DNA from: an uncultured Acidobacteriaceae bacterium
Lineage (GTDB): Bacteria > Acidobacteriota > Terriglobia > Terriglobales > Acidobacteriaceae
Direction: 5' to 3'
DNA length: 64,000 bases
Assembly: GCA_964247895.1 (NCBI GenBank)
Contig: CAXTWG010000007.1
Span: forward strand, 1,518 to 65,517
Shown: one piece after another, positions 46,142-55,020 of the stretch
Layout: every line of letters begins with the position of its first letter
Numbering within the stretch: position 1 is the first letter of the stretch
Program-made: the position numbers and the translations under genes
Notes under the pieces: generated by a model
The model's database searches: none
Seen by the model: only the letters and a program-made list of their open reading frames with translations
What the model was told of the DNA's origin: nothing

Positions 46142-48124
46142 ATGGAGCTCACCCTTCCGCGTTCCCTTTTACTTGCCGCTACATTCCCCCTTGCTTTGTC
46201 GGCCTTCGCACAAAAGCAACCCCTGCCCGAGCCTATCCCGTACCCGCCCGCGATCGCCACGCCCGTGGATAAGCCCTATGTGGGCCCGCTCAAGCTTTTC
46301 GTCGACCTGAGCAACAACGTAGACCGTCTTGCGAATGTCCACGAGGAAATTCCAGTCGAAAAGGGCGCGAAGGAGCTGGTGCTCCTGTATCCGCAGTGGA
46401 TCCCCGGCAATCATTCCCCCACGGGACCGATTTCGAAGCTGGGCGGGATTGTCACGGCGGTGGACGGCGCGCGCGTGCAATGGGTGCGCGATCGGGTGGA
46501 TGTGTACGCGTTTCATGTCCCGCTCACGCCGGGCGCACGGACCGTCAGTCTCGATTTTCAGTATCTGTCGCCGGTAAGGCGCAATGAAGGGCGCATCCAG
46601 ATCTCCAACGAGATCGCCGACTTGGCCTGGAATGAAGTGCTGATGTACCCGGCCGGCTACTTTGCCCGGCAAATCCCCTTCGACGTGAATCTGAAACTGC
46701 CCGAGGGGTGGAAGTACGCAACCGCGCTTGAAACGACCACGGTGTCCGGCGCGAACGTTACGTTTAAGCAGACGCCTTTGCACACGCTGGTCGACTCGCC
46801 CCTCTACGGCGGAGTGAACTATAAGCGCGTGGACCTGTCGCCCACGCCGACCGACAAAGTCTTCCTCGATGTGTTCGCGGACAAGCCGGAGCAGTTGGAG
46901 ATCACCGCGGATGAGCTCGACAAGCACAAACGCCTGGCCGCCGAGGCGGACAAGCTCTACCAGTCTCACCACTACGACCATTACGACTTTCTGCTGCTGC
47001 TGAGCGACAAAGTGGGAGGCGTGGGCCTGGAGCATCACCAGTCCAGCGAGGATGGCCATCCGGGCGAGTACTTTACTGATTGGGAAGGCGGTGTGGGCGG
47101 ACGCGACCTGCTCGGTCACGAGTACACGCACTCCTGGGATGGGAAGTTCCGGCGGCCGGCGGATCTGTGGACGCCGAACTTTAACGTGCCCATGCGCGAC
47201 GACCTGCTATGGGTCTACGAGGGCATGACGCAGTACTGGGGCAACATCCTCACGGCACGGGCAGGCATGCGCACCCCGGAGGACGCGCGGTCGGTTTTCG
47301 CGCTGTACGCGGCGGAGTTCGAGGCGAGCCCGGGGCGGACTTGGCGGCCGCTGGTGGACACAACAAACCAGCCCACCGTTTCGCAGCGCACGCCGGTGAG
47401 TTGGGTGAGCTGGCAGCGGCCGGAGGACTACTACACGGAGGGTGCGCTGATCTGGCTCGACGCGGACACGAAGATTCGCGAGCTGACGAACGGACAGAAG
47501 TCGCTGGATGACTTCGCGAAACTGTTTTTCGGTCCGTATAACGGCTCCTATATTACGTTCACCTACGACCTGAGTGACGTGGTCAAGGCGCTCAATACAG
47601 TCGTGCCGTTTGACTGGAACGGCTTTCTGATGTCGCGGGTCTACGATCTCCATCCCGCGGCGCCTGAGGATGGCTTTACGCGCGGCGGTTACAAGCTGGT
47701 GTACACCGACACGCCAATTGCGTGGCTTGAGAAGCTGGAAGCGAAGAACGGCTTCGCGGACTTTTCCACCTCGCTCGGCTTCGCGATCGGCTCGCGGCGG
47801 CGGGGCGGGACAAACAGCGGAGGCGCGATCGGCAATGTGTGGTGGGGTAGCCCTGCCTTCAAGGCCGGGATCACGCCGGACATGGAGCTTATCTCGGTAA
47901 ACGGAACGGCCTATACGCGGGAAGCCTTGAAAAAGGCGATTGTCGCGGCTGAGAAGGGAACCGCCCCGATCCAGCTGCAGTTTTTGCGTGAGGATGAGTA
48001 CAAAACGTTCACGCTCGACTACCACGGCGGGTTGCGCTACCCGTTGTTGCAGCGGGTGGAAGGGATGCCGGCGCGGTTTGACGATATCCTCGCGCCGAGT
48101 AAGGCTCCGTTGCCGTCGTTCTAG
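46142..48124 (+). CDS. M61 glycyl aminopeptidase family with C-terminal PDZ domain
   Basis: Signal peptide; PQWIPG, GLEHHQSS, HEYTHSW (HExxH), LWVYEG; GSPAFKAG PDZ. Confidence 0.92.
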   Translation: MELTLPRSLLLAATFPLALSAFAQKQPLPEPIPYPPAIATPVDKPYVGPLKLFVDLSNNVDRLANVHEEIPVEKGAKELVLLYPQWIPGNHSPTGPISKLGGIVTAVDGARVQWVRDRVDVYAFHVPLTPGARTVSLDFQYLSPVRRNEGRIQISNEIADLAWNEVLMYPAGYFARQIPFDVNLKLPEGWKYATALETTTVSGANVTFKQTPLHTLVDSPLYGGVNYKRVDLSPTPTDKVFLDVFADKPEQLEITADELDKHKRLAAEADKLYQSHHYDHYDFLLLLSDKVGGVGLEHHQSSEDGHPGEYFTDWEGGVGGRDLLGHEYTHSWDGKFRRPADLWTPNFNVPMRDDLLWVYEGMTQYWGNILTARAGMRTPEDARSVFALYAAEFEASPGRTWRPLVDTTNQPTVSQRTPVSWVSWQRPEDYYTEGALIWLDADTKIRELTNGQKSLDDFAKLFFGPYNGSYITFTYDLSDVVKALNTVVPFDWNGFLMSRVYDLHPAAPEDGFTRGGYKLVYTDTPIAWLEKLEAKNGFADFSTSLGFAIGSRRRGGTNSGGAIGNVWWGSPAFKAGITPDMELISVNGTAYTREALKKAIVAAEKGTAPIQLQFLREDEYKTFTLDYHGGLRYPLLQRVEGMPARFDDILAPSKAPLPSF

Positions 48125-48146
48125 GCAACGGAGGGCAGAACAGCCG

Positions 48147-48233
48147 AAACCGCCTGCGCGGCCAGCGGTCCCTTCGGGACGGGTTCTTGTAAAAACACGC
48201 CAATGAAACAGCCGCCAGCCGCGCAGGCGGTTT
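48147..48233. repeat. 16-bp perfect inverted repeat enclosing a 55-nt spacer with a UUCG hairpin
   Basis: aaaccgcctgcgcggc (48147-48162) / gccgcgcaggcggttt (48218-48233); internal gtcccttcgggac. Confidence 0.7.
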
Positions 48234-48245
48234 TATATCTGCTTC

Positions 48246-50504
48246 CTAACGAAACGAAAACTCCGCTTTGCCCTCACCGTTCAGCGCAAGCGCGGCCTCA
48301 AAGGGCCGTCCTGCCATAGAGCGAAATCCGCTGAGTTTGTCTGTCCGCCCGGTACGGCAGAGTGCGCTCACTTCACTCGCCTTGAGTTCACGGCCGCCCA
48401 TTGTGCGCCAGATGGTGAGGGGGCATTTCGTTTCACTCCACTGGGAGCAGCCCCAGGCTTTGCTGTCTTCGCGAGGCAAACGCACAAAGCCTGCCTTGCA
48501 CAGCGGGCAGGGTATGACCGCGGGCGCTTTGGCTGGAGCGTCAGCCGCGGGAGCAACGCTCGCCGGCTTCTCTGCTACGTGCTTACCCCTTGTTTTCGCG
48601 CGTAGAGTGGTCGGTTCCGCCGTGGGTTGAGGTCTTGCTTTTCCATGCTTTCCGGTCGATTTGCGAGCGCCTGCCCCTTTGCTGCTTCGTTTCGCCGGAA
48701 CTTTTACGGGAAGGTCCGTACGTTTCTGTGCAACCGCTTCGCGACTACTGCTTGGAGCTGCGGAGCCGTTCTCAGGTCGCGTTCGCGACGCGATAAAACC
48801 CTGCTTGGGAAATTCGCGCCGGGTTGTGCTCGTGCCAGCGCCAGGGCTCCACGCCGGCGGCCCTACAGGCCCAAGCGCTGCGATTTCCTGCTGTAAGCGC
48901 TCGTTCGCGGCGGCGACCACCGGCAGGTACTCCGCCTTGCCCTCAGCAATCTCATCGAGCTGCTGCTCAAGGTCACGGGTGAACGCATACTCGACAAAGG
49001 AAAAGCGCTTGACGAGCGCATCCACGACAAGGAAGCCAAGCTCCGTCGGGCGCAGGTATTTTTTGTCGTCTTCGAGATAGCCGCGCGTTTGCACGTTCTT
49101 CAAGATAGCCGGGTAAGTGGAAGGGCGGCCGATACCCATGGACTCGAGCTTCTTGATCAGCGTCGCTTGCGTGTAGCGCAGCGGCGGCTCGGTTTTTTTG
49201 TGCAGTACGCGTCCGTCTTCCGCTTTTACAAGGGCGCCCACGGCGAGTACCGGCACGCGCCCGTCACCTTCCGGTTCGTCGTCCTCCTCGGCGGCATCGC
49301 GGGCAGTCAGGGCTTTCCAGCCGGGTACGGCAAGCAGACGGCCCTCGGCCTTGAACGCGAAGGTTTCCGAACCCAGGGAAGAGGAAAGCCGGGTCGTGTT
49401 TACGCTCCACTCCGCATCGGCGAGCTGCGAGGCTACGGCGCGCTGCCAGATAAGCCGGTAGAGCGCCTGCTGGGCCGGGTCCTCACCCGCCTGTTCGGAC
49501 TCGAAGTGCGTGGGCCGGATTGCCTCGTGCGCTTCCTGCGCGCTGCCCCGGCTCCGGAAGCTGCGGGCCTTGTCGGGCAGCGGCAACCCACGCCCTTTGG
49601 CATAAGCGCGCACTTCCTTGAGCGCTTCGGCGGAAAAGTTTTGCGAGTCGGTCCGGTGATAGGTGATCAGCCCGCCCTCAAAAAGCTTTTGCGCGACAAA
49701 GGCCGTGACATCCGGTTTCCAGCGCAGCCGCACGCTCGCTGCCTGGAGCATGGTGCTGGTGGTAAAGGGCGGCGGCGGGGGCTGCTTGACGATGCGGTTC
49801 GCCGAAGCGGTGACCGTGCAGTTGCGGCAGCTTGCGGCGCGGGTGGCAAGTGCTTCGTCGAGACAATACTTTTCACCTTTCGGGAGCGCAGGCTCCCATT
49901 GAGCGCGCCAGCTGCCGCCGTCAAAGCGCAGCTCGGCACCGAAGTGCCGCACCTCGATAAACGTTTCGATCTCGCGCTCGCGGTCTACCACCAGCCGCAC
50001 CGCCGGGCTCTGCACCCTGCCCGCACTTAGGCCGCGCTTGGCCGTTTGTCGCGAAAGCACGGGCGACACCTGGTAACCCACCAGCCGGTCCAGCACGCGC
50101 CGGGCTTCCTGCGCGTGTACGAGGTTCGTATCGATGGCGCGAGGCCGTTCGAGAGCGCGCCGGATCACCTCCGGCGTGATGGCGTCAAATGTCACGCGCT
50201 CCGCCCGTTTCAGCTTGAGAGCCTCGCTTAGGTGCCAGGCAATTGCCTCGCCCTCGCGGTCCGGGTCGGTGGCCAGATACACGCCTTCTTTTGCTTTCGC
50301 GGCGAGCGCGCGCAAGCGCTTCACCACGTCTGCGCCGCGTTCGCTCAGCTCGTACTGTGGCTGGTAACCAGGCATGGCGATGCCTAAATCCTTCACAGGA
50401 AGGTCCCGAATATGGCCCACGCTGGCCGCGACGTCCCAGCCGGCACCGAGGATTTCTCGGATTTTGCGAACTTTGTTCGGGCTTTCGACGATCATCAGCT
50501 TCAC
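48246..50504 (-). CDS. topA: Type IA DNA topoisomerase (TopA core with atypical C-terminus)
   Basis: IVESPNK, SVGHIRDL, ATDPDREGEAIAWHL, SAGRVQS, ITYHRTDS (catalytic Tyr), AHEAIRPT, GIGRPSTY. Confidence 0.92.
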   Translation of the reverse strand: MKLMIVESPNKVRKIREILGAGWDVAASVGHIRDLPVKDLGIAMPGYQPQYELSERGADVVKRLRALAAKAKEGVYLATDPDREGEAIAWHLSEALKLKRAERVTFDAITPEVIRRALERPRAIDTNLVHAQEARRVLDRLVGYQVSPVLSRQTAKRGLSAGRVQSPAVRLVVDREREIETFIEVRHFGAELRFDGGSWRAQWEPALPKGEKYCLDEALATRAASCRNCTVTASANRIVKQPPPPPFTTSTMLQAASVRLRWKPDVTAFVAQKLFEGGLITYHRTDSQNFSAEALKEVRAYAKGRGLPLPDKARSFRSRGSAQEAHEAIRPTHFESEQAGEDPAQQALYRLIWQRAVASQLADAEWSVNTTRLSSSLGSETFAFKAEGRLLAVPGWKALTARDAAEEDDEPEGDGRVPVLAVGALVKAEDGRVLHKKTEPPLRYTQATLIKKLESMGIGRPSTYPAILKNVQTRGYLEDDKKYLRPTELGFLVVDALVKRFSFVEYAFTRDLEQQLDEIAEGKAEYLPVVAAANERLQQEIAALGPVGPPAWSPGAGTSTTRREFPKQGFIASRTRPENGSAAPSSSREAVAQKRTDLPVKVPAKRSSKGAGARKSTGKHGKARPQPTAEPTTLRAKTRGKHVAEKPASVAPAADAPAKAPAVIPCPLCKAGFVRLPREDSKAWGCSQWSETKCPLTIWRTMGGRELKASEVSALCRTGRTDKLSGFRSMAGRPFEAALALNGEGKAEFSFR

Positions 50505-50709
50505 GGTTTCGCTCGCTCCCCCAGGGACAGGGTACCGCTTGGTGACCCTTGGCGCGGCTTACCGTGGTACTACCGGGGGAGCCTGTTTCCACCTGTAAAT
50601 CCAAGCCTTTACAATTGCCGTGACGTACTTCTGCTTGCTTTTGCACCACGTCCCCATGCGCCTCACGCGCTGCTCTTGGATCACCCCGGAACAGGATCTG
50701 ACCCGACCC

Positions 50710-52272
50710 ATGCATCTTTGGAACGATTACGAAGGCGCCACCCTTGCCGGCCAATGGAAGCTCGGCCAGCTGCTCCGCACTGAAGGCCGCAGCGCCCTTT
50801 TCGCGACGACCGCGCCCAGCGGCAAGCCCGCCGTGCTCCGCCTCACCGAGGCTCTCAACGACCAGTCCGTGTTGCACGAGCGATACCGTGCGATCCAGGC
50901 CGCGGGCGACAAGTTTCTTGTCAAGGTCGAGGGCTTCGGCGATGCCGAGCTTGACGGCACGCCTTTGAGCTACGCGGTGCTCGAACCAACGCAGGAGTCA
51001 CTGGCGGAGATCCTCGCCGGCCACCGACTGGATGCGGCGGAGATGCTCGAAGTGGCGCAGATTGTCGCCGGCGGGCTCAAGGTGCTGCACGAGAAGGGCT
51101 TAGTCCACGGGCTTGTCGAGCCGGAAAGCGTTCTCGCCGCAGGCGACCGAATCAAGCTTCGCTCCGATTGCGCCCGGCCCGCGCCCTCGCCGGAGGACGC
51201 CGAACTGGAAGGAGCCCTGACCGTGCGCACGGACGCTTGGGGCCTGGCCGGCATCATTCACCAGTCGCTGACGCAGAAACCGCTCCACGACGCCGCCGAC
51301 GCCCTTGCATTGCCGGAGCCCTATGCGGCAATCGTTCGCAACACCGCTCGCGGCGCCTGGGGCGTGCCGGAGGTCGAGGCCGAGCTCGCCCGGTACAGCC
51401 GAACGCAGACCAGCGTACCTGCGGCGCCTGCATCGAGCAGCAAGCCCGTACCGCCACCGCGTACAGTTACTCCGGCTAGCCTGCCTGCCGAACCCGCGAC
51501 ACCCCAACCCGAGCCTGTGCGCGGCTCAGCGGTGAAGAGTGTGACTGCCGGCGTTGCGGTGGCGGCCGGCGCTGCCATCGCTACCCGGCTAGGGCCGGCA
51601 TCGCCTGCCTCGGCAGCTGCGGCAACTCCCACGAAGGGCGGCGAGCACCCGAGCACCCAGCCTTTGAGCAGCCGCGCGGCGCTGGCCAATGATCCCGAAA
51701 CGCTGGACAGCGTTCCACGGCGGAAGTCTGCGGGGGTTTCAGGTTCCGGGCGGCTCCTTGCCGGGAGCGCTGTCGCTGCGGCTGTGTTGCTGCTGGTCTT
51801 GTTTCTTGTTTTCCATCACCGTTCGAAAAATGCGTCCAGGGCTTCGCAGCCGGAAGCCGCAACCGCTTCGAGTGCGGCAGTACCTGCGCTTCCGCAAGAG
51901 GCAGCAGCTAGGCAAGGTACGGCTTCCAAATCTTCGGCCGCCGCGCCTGCGTCGGCTCCCGTAACTGCTTCACCGGCAAAACCAATCGGAGACGCCGAGG
52001 CGCCGCCCTCCGCGACCCCCTCTGACGGGCGCGAAGTTTGGCGGGTTGTCGCCTACACGTACAATCGGCGCGCTGTGGCCGAACATAGAGCCGCCTCACT
52101 CAACCGGCAACATCCAAACTTTAAGGCAGAGGTTTGGAGCCGCACTGGCGGTCGGCCATTCCTGGTCACTCTTGGTGGGCCCATGCCCAAGGATCAAGCT
52201 ACTGAAATGCGTGCCCTCGCGCGCCGTGCCGGTGTGGCGCCCGATGTGTATGCCCAGAACTACTCGAGGTAG
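50710..52272 (+). CDS. Degenerate Ser/Thr kinase-like domain, Pro/Ala linker, TM helix and SPOR-like domain
   Basis: LHEKGLVHG.VEPESVL, DAWGLAG; TM LLAGSAVAAAVLLLVLFLVF; C-terminal WRVVAYTY...FLVTLGGPM. Confidence 0.75.
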   Translation: MHLWNDYEGATLAGQWKLGQLLRTEGRSALFATTAPSGKPAVLRLTEALNDQSVLHERYRAIQAAGDKFLVKVEGFGDAELDGTPLSYAVLEPTQESLAEILAGHRLDAAEMLEVAQIVAGGLKVLHEKGLVHGLVEPESVLAAGDRIKLRSDCARPAPSPEDAELEGALTVRTDAWGLAGIIHQSLTQKPLHDAADALALPEPYAAIVRNTARGAWGVPEVEAELARYSRTQTSVPAAPASSSKPVPPPRTVTPASLPAEPATPQPEPVRGSAVKSVTAGVAVAAGAAIATRLGPASPASAAAATPTKGGEHPSTQPLSSRAALANDPETLDSVPRRKSAGVSGSGRLLAGSAVAAAVLLLVLFLVFHHRSKNASRASQPEAATASSAAVPALPQEAAARQGTASKSSAAAPASAPVTASPAKPIGDAEAPPSATPSDGREVWRVVAYTYNRRAVAEHRAASLNRQHPNFKAEVWSRTGGRPFLVTLGGPMPKDQATEMRALARRAGVAPDVYAQNYSR

Positions 52273-52422
52273 GGCAGTGCAGCCGGTTTGCTCTTCACCC
52301 AATTGCTTCGCCCCACGCGCATGGTGAAATTTGTGTGCCGGGCTGAGCCAGCCGCGGTTACGGACGGGGTTCACGCCGGCATTGCGCTCTGCGATACGCA
52401 CGGGCGGCTCTAAGATCAACGT

Positions 52423-52794
52423 ATGTCTGAAGCCCACGACGACCCGCGCATTTACTTCGCCGCAGAACGAACTTTTCTCGCTTGGCTGCGCACGGGGCTC
52501 GGCCTCATGGGTGTCGGTTTTGCCGTTTCGCGCTTCGGCCTTTTTCTCAGGGAGTTCCAATCCACCCAGCATGCCGCCTCGCGTCCGACAGGTATCTCGG
52601 TTTACTCGGGCGTGTTCCTCGTCCTTCTCGGCGTGCTCGTGAATATTGTTGCCGTCATCGCCCATTTGAGAACGATTCGGCAGCTTCGTTCGGGTACCTG
52701 GGTGCCGCGTGTCTCATCCGGCGCGGTGGCGCTCGCGCTTTTCCTCGCCGCTATCGGCGCAGGCATGGCTGTATTTCTGCTTGTTCTCCGCTGA
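52423..52794 (+). CDS. DUF202/YidH family membrane protein
   Basis: DPRIYFAAERTFLAWLRTGL plus 3 TM helices. Confidence 0.88.
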   Translation: MSEAHDDPRIYFAAERTFLAWLRTGLGLMGVGFAVSRFGLFLREFQSTQHAASRPTGISVYSGVFLVLLGVLVNIVAVIAHLRTIRQLRSGTWVPRVSSGAVALALFLAAIGAGMAVFLLVLR

Positions 52795-52950
52795 GCAGGG
52801 CTTGTATGTGTGTAAGGGAACCGGCAGTGCTACACAGGCTACTCCGTCGAGAAAACTACAACGAAGCTTCGCCTGTACGGTGGCGGAACCGCTTGAAACT
52901 TAGCTTGCCTGCACATAACAGGCCGCCTGCGTGGGTTTTCTTTATCGCGT

Positions 52951-52994
52951 ATCAATATTTATTATTTCCTATCTTTGCAGGACGCGCCTATCGT
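52951..52994 (+). promoter_or_regulatory. AT-rich LysR-box-like site and -10 element upstream of the sulfite oxidase gene
   Basis: ATCaatatttatTAT (T-N11-A type) in an AT-rich patch; TATCGT 7 nt before ATG 53002. Confidence 0.4.
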
Positions 52995-53001
52995 TCATTC
53001 C

Positions 53002-54072
53002 ATGAGCTACCAGAACAGCGCAGTGCACGCGGGTCTTATCGTTCGCGAGCGTGAGCCGCTCAACCTCGAATATCCCTTCGACCAGCTCGATGAATTCCTT
53101 ACGCCGAACGACCTTTTCTACATCCGCTCCCATTTCTCGGCTCCCCAACTCGATCGCGAAACCTACACGCTTTCGCTCGAAGGCGCGGTGCAGCGGCCTT
53201 TCACTCTCGGCTACGAGGAACTGCTTGCTATGCCCGCCATCACTCGTCCCGCGACGCTTGAGTGCGCCGGCAACAGCCGCATTTTCCTCGTGCCCCAAGT
53301 GAAAGGCGCGCAATGGCAGCTGGGTGCCGTGAGCACGGCTGAGTGGACTGGCGTGCCCTTTGCGGCCCTACTGGAGCGCGCGGGGCTCGACCCTGCTGCG
53401 TGCGAGGTGGTTTTCGAGGCTGCCGACCAGGGAACACCCAAGGAGGAGCCTGTGCCGCCGGGGGTGACGCGCTATGCCCGGAGCATTCCGGTCGAGAAAG
53501 CCGGTGACGTGCTGATCGCTTACGCGATGAACGGCGAGGAGCTGCCGCTCGACCACGGCTTTCCCGTGCGCGCCGTCGTTCCCGGCCATTACGGCATGGC
53601 CTCGGTCAAATGGCTCACGCGCATCCGGGTCGTCGATCGGCCCTTCAAAGGGTACTGGCAGACCTCTGATTACGCTTATTGGGAGTACCCGGACGGCAAC
53701 CCGATCCGCCGCGCTCTCGGGTCCATGATCGTCAAGTCCCAGATTGCCCGCCCCCGGACGCGCGAGGTCGTTGCTGCAAGCAGTAAATATGAAGTATTTG
53801 GCGCTTCCTGGGGTGGCGCCGCGGTGATCGCCACCGAGCTCTCTGCCGATAATGGCGCGACCTGGAAGGCAGTGGAATTTCTGGATGAGGCGCGGCCCTT
53901 TGCTTGGCGGCGCTGGCGGTTCAACTGGGATGTGCCGCACGAGAAAGGCGTGTACCGGCTTAAATCCCGCGCCGCGGACGCCGACGGGAATGTGCAGCCC
54001 GGCGAGCACGATAAGCGCTTCGGAACGTATTGCATCCACCACACCTTTCCGATTGAAGTCGTCGTGCGCTAG
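53002..54072 (+). CDS. Sulfite oxidase family molybdoenzyme (Moco and dimerisation domains, no export signal)
   Basis: LTPNDLFYIRSH, LECAGN (Mo-ligand Cys), HGFPVR, YGMASVKW, AWRRW, SRAAD. Confidence 0.9.
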   Translation: MSYQNSAVHAGLIVREREPLNLEYPFDQLDEFLTPNDLFYIRSHFSAPQLDRETYTLSLEGAVQRPFTLGYEELLAMPAITRPATLECAGNSRIFLVPQVKGAQWQLGAVSTAEWTGVPFAALLERAGLDPAACEVVFEAADQGTPKEEPVPPGVTRYARSIPVEKAGDVLIAYAMNGEELPLDHGFPVRAVVPGHYGMASVKWLTRIRVVDRPFKGYWQTSDYAYWEYPDGNPIRRALGSMIVKSQIARPRTREVVAASSKYEVFGASWGGAAVIATELSADNGATWKAVEFLDEARPFAWRRWRFNWDVPHEKGVYRLKSRAADADGNVQPGEHDKRFGTYCIHHTFPIEVVVR

Positions 54073-54078
54073 GAAAGA

Positions 54079-55011
54079 ATGGAGAATTTCCGCCTGCGTG
54101 TGTTTCGCTCCGTGGCTCAGCACCTGAGCTTTACCCGTGCTGCCGAGGAGCTGTTTCTTTCGCAGCCCGCAGTTACGCAGCAGATCAAGGCGCTGGAAGA
54201 CGAGCTTGGTGTGCCTATGTTCGACCGAAGCGGTGGCCGCATCCAGCTCACCCCCGCAGGGCGGGACCTGCTTCCCTATGCCGAAAAGCTCAGGGAGCTT
54301 GCCGCCGAAGCAGTCCGCGCCGTCGCGCAGGCTTCCGGGGAATACGGAGGGGAGCTGACGCTGGGTGCTTCGCAAACCATCGGGCAGTATCTGCTGCCGA
54401 AACTGGTTGCTGCGTTCCGGGCGGAAAACCCGAAGGTGCGCGTGACCGCGTGCAGCGGCAACACGGATGCCATGCTTCAAGCGCTCGATGCGCGCAGGAT
54501 CCAGCTCGCGCTTATTGAGGGTCCAGCGATGCGCAAGGATCTGCGTGTCGAGCCGTTTCTCGAGGACCATATGGTGCTCGTAGTTCCGCCCGGTCACGAG
54601 TGGGCGGGCCAGGATGTCTCCTTGCAAGCTCTCGGGGCCGAGCCGCTGCTGATGCGGGAGTTCGGTTCCGGTTCGCGACGCGTAATCGAGCATGCGCTGC
54701 ACGATGCCGGTCTGCGAGTGAAGGATTTTCGGATCGAGATGGAGCTGGACTCGACGGAAGGGCTTTTGAGCGCCGTGGAGGCTGGCCTGGGCATCACGTT
54801 CGTCTCACGATGGGCGGCCCGCAATCATCTCGCGCTCGGCACACTCAAGCTGGCGCGCGTGCGCGGCCTCGAACTCTCGCGACGCTTTTCGCTCGCCTAT
54901 CCAGCAGGCCCGGACCTTGCGGGCAACGTCGGCGCATTTCGCGCTTTTCTTCTTTCCCGCACACTCGATTTCGCTACGCAAACCACTGGAACCGGAATCC
55001 CGAACCGATAG
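54079..55011 (+). CDS. LysR regulator, CysL/YeiE-like
   Basis: SFTRAAEELFLSQPAVTQQIK; GASQTIGQYLLP, GNT, ALIEG, REFGSGSR. Confidence 0.88.
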   Translation: MENFRLRVFRSVAQHLSFTRAAEELFLSQPAVTQQIKALEDELGVPMFDRSGGRIQLTPAGRDLLPYAEKLRELAAEAVRAVAQASGEYGGELTLGASQTIGQYLLPKLVAAFRAENPKVRVTACSGNTDAMLQALDARRIQLALIEGPAMRKDLRVEPFLEDHMVLVVPPGHEWAGQDVSLQALGAEPLLMREFGSGSRRVIEHALHDAGLRVKDFRIEMELDSTEGLLSAVEAGLGITFVSRWAARNHLALGTLKLARVRGLELSRRFSLAYPAGPDLAGNVGAFRAFLLSRTLDFATQTTGTGIPNR

Positions 55012-55020
55012 AAGGGCGCA

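Noticed and set aside
48147-48233. Hammerhead or other self-cleaving ribozyme
   Set aside because: No CUGAnGA core on either strand by inspection.
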